Shown: in pieces, positions 52,355 through 64,000 of the stretch | Numbering within the stretch: the first letter of the stretch is position 1 | Layout: each line of letters begins with the position of its first letter | Assembly: GCA_028534125.1 (NCBI GenBank) | Contig: CM052816.1 | Location: 57,538,001 to 57,602,000 of the forward strand | Source of the DNA: Lama glama | Lineage: Eukaryota | Reading direction: 5' to 3' | Length of the DNA stretch: 64,000 nt | Made by a program: the position numbers and the translations under genes | Notes under the pieces: model-generated | Told to the model about the DNA's origin: nothing | Database searches by the model: none | What the model saw: only the letters and a program-made list of their open reading frames with translations

Positions 52355-52520
52355 TTGTTAGAGCTGGAAGAGAGCTGGCAAGTTCTCCAGTGGCCAGATG
52401 ATCCACAGAGTCCCAGGGAGCACGGAGGACTCGCCTAAGGTTGCACATCTGGTTTGTGGCAGAGCTGGAGCCAGTCCCCAGCCCTCCTGACTCCCAGGCT
52501 AGTACTTTTCCATGACACAA
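52355..52520 (-). mobile_element. MIR3-like fragment
   Basis: ttagagctggaagag...gactcgcctaaggttgcacatctggtttgtggcagagctggagccag...cctcctgactcccaggctagtactttt. Confidence 0.7.
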
Positions 52521-52796
52521 GTCCGCCTCCAGCCTCTCTCCCCACCAGTCCTCTCCCTGCAGCATAGGGAGACTGTGCTGCTCCCTCCCACAGAACATTG
52601 AGAGGATTTCAGAATGGCGTATGTTTATCAAAGCTTTGAGTCTATAATCTGGAAACAAGATACTCTTCAAATCTGAAGAACTATTATTCAAAAATTGTTA
52701 CCTTAGTCATTATGCTAAAATCCCCTTGGGCTATAGTAAAGAGGAGAGGAGCACAGCTTGTATTGATAATAGAATTACTGAGCACAAACAGCCATC

Positions 52797-52868
52797 TGTG
52801 TGTGTGTGTGTGTGTAGCAAGTTAGAGAGAGGGAGACAGGGAAAGAGAAGGAGAGAGAAGAGAGTCTC
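52797..52868. repeat. (TG)n microsatellite plus GA-rich tract
   Basis: Seen directly. Confidence 0.9.
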
Positions 52869-53434
52869 TTTAAAAAGCAAATAACCGTACAAGGTATTTT
52901 GTGTTATTCCCTATCCCCTTGATTTAATAAGTCTAAACTGAGCGTTCTTGTAATTCTCTTGCATCAGCGGATAAGCTCTCAGCATCCTCAAGTGCTGCAG
53001 GGCCTGCAGTTTTCTGCTTTTCTGTGGGTATTCATTTCCAAAATTTCATTAATATCCTACATGTGAGTCATTCACTCCCATGCAATCCATTTAAAACATC
53101 CAGCACACTCTGGGGGACAGAAGATGAAAGCTCAGAAAAGGCCAAGCCTATTCATTTGGTATGTTGAAGACTTGCCAACGTGAAATGGGAGAGGAGGCCT
53201 AGCAGGGTTCCCTCAAGGTAGCCAGCAGAAGATGTGGCAACATCTGATCCCCACCCACCTCCCCTCTCCAGGAGGGTGCCCTTTTATTTTGCTGTATGCT
53301 TCATGAGTGGGAGTCTGGGGGCAATACAATTGATGAGAGAGAACAGAGATGAGAAAAATTCCTTTAGCAGGATAATAAAAATGTTAAGTTGAATATTCTT
53401 AAGAAATAATTGCACAGGCCACGTATGTGCAGTC

Positions 53435-53640
53435 AGCTCTGATCAGGAATCAGAAGACTGGGATTCTAGTGCTGGCCTTGCCATCAGCTGGTCATGTGAT
53501 CTGGGGTAAGTTTTTTAACCTCCCTGGGACCCCAACATCTTCAGTTATCAAATGAAGATCATGAAACTTGCTTTATTTATTGCACAATGAATGTAAAAGT
53601 GCTCAGGAATGTGTACAGCATTACATAAATATAAATTTAT
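53435..53640 (+). mobile_element. MIR SINE
   Basis: caggaatcagaagactgggattctagt...tgtgatctggggtaagttttttaacctccctgg...aatgtaaaagtgct. Confidence 0.75.
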
Positions 53641-54874
53641 TTTATATATTAGCTATGAACTATATACCTGATTTCAATATGCTTCTCCTATATGATAGGC
53701 AAGCATGTAGCTTCTAAGGAGATCTTGGTGGCTGGCTCCCTTTGCCATTGAAAGCACAGAGCAATGCAGCAGTGCTGGCCTGTTTTCTCTTATTAAGAAG
53801 CAAGTCATCTAAGGGGTAAATTTGACAAATGAGCCTTATGGAAGCTTTCGAGCTATTGCCTGGAGAAGCACTAACATTGGAGTTGGCATCTGGGGCTGTC
53901 ATGCTAAGCAGGCCAGGAGATGCCTCACAACGAGTTGTCACTAGAAGGTGGCACACTGTGGCCCTGTGGCATCACTCATTTCCAGCTATGATTACAAAAG
54001 CTAGTCAAATTTTCATCATTCTCTAGGAGTGCCAGCTTGAAAAAAAATCAGTGTGAAAAAATGCCTGAGGGATAGCTATCCTCTGCCTTTGGCCAAAGAG
54101 GGGTCCATACAGAGTCCTGCTGGCAGGGGTGGCTCCCATAAACGAGTTACTGCCTCAAGGAGCAGGTGGAGAAGAAGGAGGAGTGCATGGCTTTCATATA
54201 CTTATTAGCAATTTTCTGTGTGGCATTTAAAATTGAGAAAGGAGTTAGATACAGCTCTAACACTCGGAAATTCATGCACTAGGTTGCGGCTCTTGGAAAT
54301 ATCATTACGTCAGCAGCATGGTGCTCTCTGCCTTCAAAATAGACTTAACTCTTTCTGAAGTGATTCTGTTCTTGGACCTGAATATTTTCTCTGTCCTCAA
54401 AATTCCTCTTGTGGGGAAGAGTCATGCTGCCCTATACATAAAAAATTCAGCAAATTGTTGAAGAACTTCCAGGGACTGAATACATCAATACATGAGAGTT
54501 GGATTTGGTTGTATTGACGTTTGGTGGTTGAGGTTCTTTCCTTAAGCTCTTCAGCACCTAGCAGAATTGCTTCGTTTGTTACATTGGAGGAAGAAAATGG
54601 AGACTGACCTACAGAGGCACAGCTAACTTAACCTTGGAGAGAAGGGGGAATTCATGACCTTGGCATGGAGTTAGGTCCAAGGAGAAATGCAAATCTTTTC
54701 TGATTCAAATCATTTTGTGATGTGGTATCTCTCAGACTCTAGGAGCCTGGATTCCTTCAAATCTGTCTTTAATTAGCTCTATAAGGAGAAAATTCCAGGA
54801 TTAGAGGCTGTAGAGAAAGTGAAAATTGGAGACAGAGGCAAAGTGAATTGTAGATTTAAGGTAACTGGGGTAAG

Positions 54875-55075
54875 GGCTTGATCCAAGTTAAAATCCTAAT
54901 TCTATCATTTATTAGCTCAGGGACCTGGGAAAAATCACCGTTACTTGTCTGAGCCTTAAGTCTACCTGGAAAAAAATGCAGATAACTGTAGCTGCCTTCT
55001 CCACTAACACCACCCATATCGCAGTTGTTAGGATGGATGTGAAGTTTTTTGCAAACTATAAAGCACAATGCTGTT
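54875..55075 (+). mobile_element. MIR SINE
   Basis: aaatcctaattctatcatttattagctcagggacctgggaaaaatcac...tctgagcct...tttgcaaactataaagcac. Confidence 0.65.
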
Positions 55076-58000
55076 AGGACTGGGCATATATTGCTCGTGT
55101 ATGTGCATATGAATATCCGTAAGTGAATACAAGATGAGTATTTTGTTCAGGTGTGGGTTTGAAGTTTCCATTTTAATTTTCCATTTTGTTTGCTAATGGG
55201 GCAGATTGGATGTAAGCATGTCAGGGAAGGGATGCCGCCTGTGATGTTTATGGCAGGGTAGACCATCAGCCAATCTGTACTCCCCCGTGGATCAGAAATC
55301 TACAATTACAGAAATTATGCCTCAGTTAGACTTTGTCCTCAGATGGGTGTCACATTGGCCTTCAGAGAGAGACAGGTGGGCCTGTGACAAGGCCTCAAGT
55401 GACAAAGGTCTGTTGCAATAGAAGAATGTCAAAGCCACAGAGGGGACTCAACATTGCTTTTTTACTCCTAGAAAGTCCCATGATGGTTTAACATATTTTC
55501 CCTCATATCTGCCAGGCCTGACAAAGCCTTATCTGATCTTAAAAAACATTTTCAAGAACTATTTTAGGGTTTTGTTTTGATTTGTTCTTGGATAAGATTC
55601 TTAGGGGGAAAGAAATTTTCAGTTTTTTCTTTTCTTTTTAAAACAGGCATTTTTACATGAAAATCTTCTTGAATTAAAGGGCCAGTCTCTAACAGGGAAA
55701 GATCACTTTGCTCTGCAATGGTCATTGTGGAACTAGTCAGCCTTTGTATGCAAAAAAAAGAAAAAAAGAAAAAAAAATTGTTTTCCCTTCCACTTTGAGG
55801 AAACTATCAGATTCCGTCTCCACAGTATTAGGCCATTTTCACTCAGTATGACTTTCAAGCACAAGAGATACTGAAGGCATTGAATAAACTTCCCACTGGC
55901 ATTGCCCTAAAACTGTATCGCTAACCCTGGGAGCTAAAGCAGTTGATATTAAACAACAGACCAAATGTAAAGACAGCCTACTGTGTTTCCATGAAAAAAG
56001 TACCCTCAGGTTTTCTTGTGAAGTTCAAGAGCAATGAAGGCTTAGAAATGTTTCCCAAGAACATTTTTAAGAGAAAGAGAGACTTAGAAGCTGAATTCTG
56101 TGGCAATAAGTATTAATAGTGTACAGTTATACGTTGTGTGGCATCCTTAATACAGAGAACTCAGTGAACCCAAATATTAAAGACTCACCAATTTCTTCCT
56201 CCTTATGTCTTTAAATTCATTTAATTCATAGGTTTTGTGTAGTTTCCTATCAGCTTTTGGATCTGGATGGAGGTGGTGGTGGTGAGGGGGTCACTGTGTC
56301 GCTACCTTTGGACATGCTTATTAGTTGAGATGGAACTCAGATTCAAAGAATCCTTCTTTCTGAAAGTCATACTGAGGTGGGTTTTTTTGTGGAACAAAGA
56401 CTAGAGGTCTATTGGCAACAAACCCTGCTTTGTTGATCTAAGCTCCTGATGGTCTTTTTCAAAAGTATATTTCTGTACAGTAGTAGGTTACTTGAATCAA
56501 TAGAGCTTTCACTTGCTCTTCTCTTTCACTTTTGCTCTTGTGGTAACCAGAGTTCTTGGTTCTTGACCCTCATCAATGAGAATGAAATAAGGCAGTGAAG
56601 GACCGGGAGGTTGGTTTCTCCACATAGTTCTACTGGGCTTTGATTCGTGACTGGAAAATCACTGGCTTCTGGTTAACCTGAGTTTTTGCATCTTCCCTTT
56701 TAACTGAATATTGCTCCCTTTATTCAACCTGTAGATGTCTGTAGTAAATAAAATCATTGTCTGTAATGACACAATAAAGCAGGAGATAAACACTTTGAAA
56801 ATGTAACCTGTAGCTCTTAAAAAGTGCAGTGAATTGTCTGTCAGCAATAAATTAATATCTTGCAATTTTAGTAGGAGAAAAAAAGGTTAGCCTCTATTTT
56901 GCTGACTAAGTTCCTTGCCCCTACCATCTTGTAATTAAGGATGTTCAAAACGTTCTCATTTCAGCATTAGTGTACATTGAGTATCACATACCAAGAATTA
57001 CATCAGGTGAAGAGCTAAGGCTTCATTCTAATATCATGAAGAGGCCAGGGGGAAAATGGGACCTGACAAGCCATCTGCACTCAGCCCCAACGAATCTGCA
57101 CCCACACCTCAGTGGGAGATACTCTTGACCGTAGGGCATCTCTGACCCCTTGCCTTGGGGCGAATGAAAACCGAAGCACTATCTACACTTTTCAATGTGC
57201 TCAACATACTCTAAGCTCATGGATAATCACCATGCTGCATGAATTTTGTAACTAGCCTGTAAAATTTGGCCAACTTTGAGAGTGGTGGCTGGTCTTGGTT
57301 CAGTGATAACTACTCCAGCTGTGGTTATAAATCAAGGGGAGGTTGTTAAAGAGCCTCTATCAGAGGCTGGCTACTTGAAGCTCTTTGTCTGGAGACTACA
57401 GAGAAACAGATGCCAATAGCTGAACCTGTTCTGTTCAGGGTAGGATGCTAGCTTCAGACATTCCTCTCAATTCCAGTCTCAAGCTCCATCCTTCTCCCTG
57501 TTGTTTCCTTCCAGTGTGTCAGTCTATGTTCCTTCCCCATGACAAGACTGCCTTGGTTTGTAAAGAACATAACATTCTGCCACCGTGAATAAAGTCATTA
57601 TGGTTGTTTTGAATTCCAGAGCATTTGATTGATGTGGCTGTTGGTATAAGCAACAGCTTCTCCTCTGTGAAATAAATTCCCAGTCCCCCTTTGGAAACTG
57701 ACTCATAGCAGAGCTGTGACACAGAAGTGTGAGAGCTAGAGGTGAAAAGTGGTATCTCCAGTTAAAATTGGAGATGATACTTAGAAATCATTATTTGAAA
57801 CCCTGAAAAAAAAGAGCATCACCTACTGACTCACTGGTCCTATTTCCTTAGGACTTTCAATTCAGAGTGATATAATTTACCTATAATTATCGAAACATTT
57901 TTGGTGTTTTACCTTATCAACAGAAATCAGCATCATGATAATTCAAGACCATATATAAAATTCATATAATTTTGTAAATGATGTAATAGTCTATTAAAAT

Positions 58001-60099
58001 GAATCCTAAAACCAAAGAAAAAAATCCAAGGGAAATAACAAAGAGAAATAGATTGGCAGCATAAGGACCTCTTATTTCATTTTTTAAAAAGGAACACCTA
58101 AGCTATTTTGATTTGATTTTTACCTTTCAGTGAAGGCAACAATGCTGTCTGAAACTTGGAAAGCCATTGTTAGAAAATTGAAACAAAACAAAATAAAACA
58201 ACAGAAAATAGAATTAGGATCAACTCTTCACAAAGTCTGTTACCCTCTATAAGAGCCAAATGTAACTTTGAAACTTGATGCCAATGCCCAAGTGGTCCAA
58301 GTTACTGCCTTTGCTCTTTTTAATAAGTCGGCTGATCATGGAGCTAATAATAAATATAATTGAAAATCACTGTTGGATCCTTTGAAGTTTGCTGCCGTTT
58401 TGTGGAAGAATGTAAAAAAAAAATCCCGAGGAAAACTTCAAGCAATACTTTAAATATTCAGAATCAACAATCATGCTGTTAGATTTACCTCAAGAAGTTC
58501 ATAGTGATTATGAAATATAATATTAACTCAAGAAAGCACTCTAATTTCCCATCTGTAATAAATGTCACCAGGGCAGTCATTGTCTTAATTACTGAATTTC
58601 TGCCTGGCTTTAACTGAATTTAATTTTTTATTCTGAAACAAATATGTGACCAGAACAAAGTACCCAGATTAATCAGCTATTGTCAGTCAGTTTCATCTAT
58701 GACTTTGGAAATGATGCCACTAAGACAAAGTGGTTCTTTAGTAGAAACAATGTCATTCTGCCCAGACTTTCATTTTAGGAGAGTGCTTCTGCAGTGAATT
58801 AATAGTCCCTGGAAATGGTGCAGAGCTACAATAACAGCTTTCTGGTTTTGATTATAAGGCAGAATGATTTCTGGTTTTCTGTAATATTTGCATTGTGAAT
58901 GGGATTCCATTTTTTCTCATTTAGATGCAGTGATCAGGTGAGAGAAACCTGAGCCTATTCCATCAAAGCTCTGTGCTGTGGCCAGAATACAAATCACTTG
59001 ATTCCGGTTCCTTAAGAAATACAGCTTATTTTAAAACAGAGAGAGTATTCGGGCAATGAACAAATGAGAATTTGAGATAGTGTTCAAGAAATCATGCGCA
59101 TTTGAACTGAAGTCACTGTGTATTGCTCTGGGTTTCATGGTAGCTAACTACGTATCTTTCTGCAAAATGCTTTCATAGCATTCTCCTAGGGTGTTGAAAT
59201 TTGAAAATAAGGGTAAAAAATAAATACAGCTCAAACAGAGGTGGAGTGGTGGGATATTATCCTAAGCCATTGCCGTATTCATTACTCCAAGGAGATGGCC
59301 AATTGGGATAAGAAGGATCAAAGCCCTTTGTGTTCAGCAGACAGAGGTGTGAAGAGAGAGAAAAATGGAGTGGTGAGTTCTAATCTCCCTTCAAACCTGG
59401 GAAAATCACTGAAGTGCCTTTCTTTTATTTAATTTTCATTCCCTGAAAATAGGATGATGATGATGTGTACCTAATCATGAGGCTGATCAAAATCTTCGGA
59501 AAGGGCTTCTTCAAAGAGATGATCCACCATGTTTAATTAGCTCAAGGCTGAACTAGACTTTCTTCAAAGTAGAGTGAAACCTCTTATTTCATTATTGTTG
59601 TTTATATTTTCAGTCAATTAGTGCCTTTTCCAAACCCCTGGCATTTCCTATGTAGAAAGATTTTTTATGCCAGTTTGGCTTCACATTGAACAACACTAAT
59701 TCCTCTCCCATGTGACTGTCCTAAAAATATTTGAAACAGCTGTCATGATTCTTCTCTCCAGGCTAAACAACTCTAGTTCCTCACAGGCCATGGTTTCAAG
59801 TGCTCTTGTTGTCTTAGGCTCTCCTAGCTGGACAGGTTTAAGTTTACAAAATTCTTTTCTAACAGTGAGAGATTGGGAGCAGAATACCAGGCTTATGTCA
59901 GTCATGTTAAATCTGGCAAGCATTGTTGCTTCACGGATTCAGACTACCATGGCTCTTTAAAGACAGCTGAAGTTGAATCAGTTATTTTTGGAGGCCACAT
60001 CAGATCACTGGCTCATGTTGAACTTGGAGTCAATTTAAACCACAAGTTTTTTCACACATGCTCCTGCTAAGCCACTATGTGTGTGTATAGCTATATATA

Positions 60100-60320
60100 G
60101 TTATTATCTGTTGAGTGCTTATTATGGGCAAGGCAATGTGCTAAATGCTTTGCATCTTCTGCATCTCATTTAATCTTCACATCAACCCAACGACATAGTA
60201 AGTATCCTTAGTCCATATTGTGAGTAGGCTGAGGCTCACATGAGTAGAGACTTGCCTAAAGAGGTTGACTCCAAAGCAGGCACTCCTAAACTTGATGCTA
60301 TTTGGCCTTCTGTACTGGCA
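60100..60320 (-). mobile_element. MIR SINE
   Basis: ttgagtgcttattatgggcaaggcaatgtgctaaatgctttgcat...ctcatttaatcttcaca...ctgaggctcaca...acttgcctaaag. Confidence 0.85.
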
Positions 60321-60824
60321 TGATGTTTTTGTTGCTAACCTTTCTTGGAGGGAGGATACAGAGGCTCTAACATCAAAGAGCAGAACCATTAAATATAAAT
60401 CAGGTTAGATCTACCCTTCTTTTTAGTCTGCTGAGATCTTTTTGGATCCTGGTCTTGTCCCTCAATATATTGCCATTCCCTTAAAGGTTCATGCCACTCA
60501 TGGATTTCATCAGCTGCCGTCACTACTCTCATTTAAGTCATTGCTTCAAAAAATAGAACCGGGCCAAAGACAGAGCCTCTCAGCTCACACTAGAGCCTCC
60601 ATCATGTTGGCCTTGATCACCAATCTGATCAAGTTACAAATCCATGATACTGTGACTCAGCTCACATTTTTTTCATCTTGTCCATCATGAAGACCTTCTA
60701 CATCCTTTGCTAGAACTCAAGTGCAAAATTTCTAAGGCATGCTTTTAATGAGGCTAGCATTACTGCCACAGAGAGCAAGAAGGAGTGGTCTGGCAAGATT
60801 TGTTCATTGTGAATCTGTTATTTT

Positions 60825-61327
60825 ATTTTTTTAACTTTTTTTATTGAATTATAGTCATTTTACAATGTTGTGTCAAATTCCAGTGTAGAGCCCAATTTTT
60901 CAGTTATACATGAACATACATACATTCATTGTCACATTCTCTTTCACTGTGAGCCACCAAAAGATCCTGTATATATTTCTCTGTGCTACACAGTACAATC
61001 TTGTTTATCGGTTCTACATTTTGAAATCCCAGTCTGTCCCTTCCCACTTCCCATCCCCCTGGCAACCACAAGTTTGTATTCTATGTCTATGAGTCTGTTT
61101 CTGTTTTGTATTTATGTTTTTGTTTTTGTTTTTGTTTTTGTTTTTTTAGATTCCGCATATGAGCGATCTCATATGGTATTTTTCTTTCTCTTTCTGGCTT
61201 ACTTNNNNNNNNNNNNNNNNNNNNNNNNNNNNNNNNNNNNNNNNNNNNNNNNNNNNNNNNNNNNNNNNNNNNNNNNNNNNNNNNNNNNNNNNNNNNNNNN
61301 NNNNATATCCAGAAGGAACCCTACTTC
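60825..61327 (-). mobile_element. Young camelid-type L1 3' end with probable 5' inversion, containing a 100-N gap (61205-61304)
   Basis: 60825-61204 is a reverse L1 3' UTR homologous to 42120-42314. 61305-61327 (atatccagaaggaaccctacttc) is L1 ORF2 in forward orientation (compare 19624-19645). Degenerate TSD aatctg(tg)ttatttt at 60812-60824 and 61328-61342. Confidence 0.85.
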
Positions 61328-63024
61328 AATCTGTGTTATTTTTAACTGATCACCATTTCCTGTGCTAAGGAACCATGGTCCAGCCCTAACTCTCCATTCT
61401 AGATTCTGGTCTAGGACTGATATCAGTATCACCTCTTTCCAGTTTACAGCATCAGCCTTCTCATCTTTGAAAGTTTGTTCTACATGCAACCATGTTTAGT
61501 TTTCCTATCTTTGAAAAGAAACATTAGTGACAGTGGTTGGGTGCACTCTTGGACAAGTTGTTTTCATATCTTGGAAGGCATTTTTTCTTGGTAAGGAGAT
61601 TTGAACACATTTAAGACACCTTACCATATTTGTTGAACCCTTTTTCAGGCTAAATATAATTTTATTTTACAAAGGAAACAAAAATAAAATGATATTCAAG
61701 TGGTTTTGTAGGATCTTCCACTCCATGATCTGCATTTTATTACTTTTAAGCTATTGAGATACCTTTGTCCATAACACATTATTACTTCTCAGTTTGGGAT
61801 CTGCTTTTAAAACTGGTGTTCCAAGGTGTGTACACAACCTTCTGATGTGAAATGAAGATAGTAATATAGGCTGTACCAGTATCCTAGGAAAGCAATAGAT
61901 TAGGAGATAGAACTCATACTATACTGGATATTTGTAATCTTTAGCATACAGTATAACTCAGCTGAATGGAGAGAATAGAACTTTAATTTTTTGGTAATTA
62001 AGTGCCAAATCCTTATGCTAACTTGAGTCTGATATAAAAATTTAAATTGTTTCTCTAGGAAATAATGTAATTGGAATAAAGACAGTCTCTGAAGGTTGCT
62101 TTCACATTTTCTTGCTTCTTTCCCCAAGGTGACATTCCAGTGTCATGACAGCCTTGTGCAAAGATGGAATGACTGGCCTCAGGCTGGTTCTCTGTTTACA
62201 TTGTCTCCTTCTTGATTGGGATCTAAAGTGATGGGCTGGGAACACTTGGCTTTTGGCTTTCTGTGTGCAGTAGTGGCCTCCAAAGCTGCTATATGTGACC
62301 AGTGAACTTGTGATCCATTCTTTTGGTTTGTCTGTGCTCCCAAGAAAGATAAGCTATCTCTCTCAATGACTCAACTTTCTTTCAGCTCTCACAGGAAGCA
62401 GACTCTAGGATTTCTGTGACTTCTCCATCCAATACCCTGGGCTGGTGGTTCATCTCAGCCTCTGCTTCTAGGTCAGCTTGTCCCATCACAGTGGACCTCA
62501 TGGCTGATTCTCAATTAAATATTCATCCCACACAGGAGCTGGGGTTAGCTCAGGAGTGCCAGTTAGACCTTCTCTCCGTGTGCTCATGCATTTTAACCTC
62601 TATTCCCAGAATCCAGTGTGGGAACTGAGTGAAGATAACCTTGCCCTTGGTGTTCCCTGCATGTATTTAACACCCCCACTTCTGTAGGCCAAGGCTCCCG
62701 GAAAAGTCATGAACAGGTCTCACTGTTTACTCATCTGTCTTCTCTCAGCTCTCCTCTGCTCCCTTTCCAGTCTCTCCAAGACAGGAAAAGAGCTGGCATT
62801 TCTTTGGTTTCTCTATCAGTATGATCTATTTCTTTCTAGTTCCACATAAGCTATAATGGTAGGTGTTAGTATCTCCTCCTTGTGGTAGTAATTCTTTCTC
62901 TCTGAGCTGAGTCTATAGAGTTTAGTTGTTGATAGGCTGAGGGGACGACAGAATTTGAACAATTTTGTCTCAAGGCAATGAATGGCCAGACTTTCAAAGC
63001 TGTCACCCTGCTGCTTATTCTTAT

Positions 63025-63152
63025 GATATATATGTTGTATATATGTATATATAACATATATGTTATATATATCACATATATTATATGTAACTATATATGT
63101 TATATATACACAATATATATAACTCTATATCTATATCTATATATGCATGTAT
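63025..63152. repeat. Imperfect (TA)n microsatellite
   Basis: Seen directly. Confidence 0.95.
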
Positions 63153-63534
63153 ATCTGTCTGTCTGTATTACAACTTGTTTAAAGGTCTATTCCCTTGGGT
63201 GAATACACAAAGCTTCCTTTCTGTGACCCTATCTGGTCTCTCTAATGAAGTGCCTGGCGCCAAATGAATGGAACACTTGGGTTGTACCCCTCTTCATTTC
63301 TGGAGAACTGCCTTCATTTATTTAGGTATAGACAGCAATAACTGTTACACAAGGAAACAGGAAGTTACAATATCTTTTCTTCTGGATGTTAAAAAAAATG
63401 TGTTTTGCTCTCATAAGAATTTACAGTGAATGACTATGCTGCTTTAGGGAAATATATTTTGGATTCTGATGGTTCACTTTCATAAGCCCTAACAACGTGC
63501 ATTTGATTAAAGAGGAAATGGCTGTGGGTCAGGG

Positions 63535-63700
63535 CAGGATGATGGGTTTGAAGTTAGAAAGGCTGAATCCTCAACCATTGGTAGTAACTTGCTGGGTTGA
63601 CTCAAGCCAGTTGCTTCATCACTGCCTGCCTTATTTTCCTGTGTCTAAAGGGAGATAAGAAATGCTTACAGAGTTAACACTTGCAAAGTAAGATGACACC
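63535..63700 (+). mobile_element. MIR SINE (degraded)
   Basis: gggtttgaagttagaaaggctgaatcc...aacttgctgggttgactcaagccagttgctt...ttttcctgtgtctaaagggagataa. Confidence 0.55.
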
Positions 63701-64000
63701 AGGAAAGGAAGTGACTGCAAGTTGCCCACGCTTTGCCCCTGTCACTTTTGACCTCTTTTCCATATATACTTTGCCAGTTGCCTCTAAAAATATAAATCCG
63801 CTGGTTCCACAATTCTAGAACCATGTGACTGTAATCTAACTCCTGGACCAAGCAGAGAAAGTGAAAATATTCCTCTCACTCTCCTGCCCTCCCATCAATG
63901 ACACAGCGGGTAAGCAAGACCAAAATTGAGGGAGAGAAACTCCTAGATGATGAAATTGACTTGTCTCCACAAAATAGTGGGAAGATTTGTCCATATATAT

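Larger units (their letters stand above)
59690..61640 (-). mobile_element. L3/CR1 LINE ORF2 remnant, interrupted by MIR (~60100-60320) and a young L1 (60825-61327)
   Basis: ORF 59696..59923(-) contains LETMACEELELFSLERRIMTAVSNIF, resembling the CR1 RT C-terminal motif LRELGLFSLEKRRLRGDL. Also cactggctcatgttgaacttgg and ggtctggcaagatttgttc reverse CR1 motifs. Confidence 0.7.

Overview
Mammalian non-coding genomic DNA (AT-rich, CpG-poor, three N gaps), very likely camelid (alpaca/camel), inferred from a tRNA-Ala(AGC)-derived vic-1-like SINE and camelid-type L1 3' ends. I found no convincing protein-coding exon, functional RNA gene or CpG island, so the window looks intergenic or deep intronic. 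The only recognisable protein-derived sequences are a full-length but frameshifted RPL29 processed pseudogene (35068-35720, nested in a MER33 DNA transposon) and decayed L1 ORF2 and L3/CR1 fragments. The rest is ancient repeats (MIR, L2, L3, MER5, Tigger, MLT1/ERVL LTRs, L1M) plus several repeat-poor tracts. I see no evidence of a new multi-gene system. The most interesting observations are structural: a 141-bp near-identical duplication 1.2 kb apart that copies an old L1 5' junction, an unidentified ~100-bp poly(A)-tailed retro-insert with target-site duplications (TSDs) inside an L1, a probable twin-primed 5'-inverted L1, several nested insertions, a (CCA)n-extended tRNA-Ala SINE and an octamer/MORE motif cluster. 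Repeat family names come from remembered consensus similarity, not from a search. Boundaries of old repeats are approximate.
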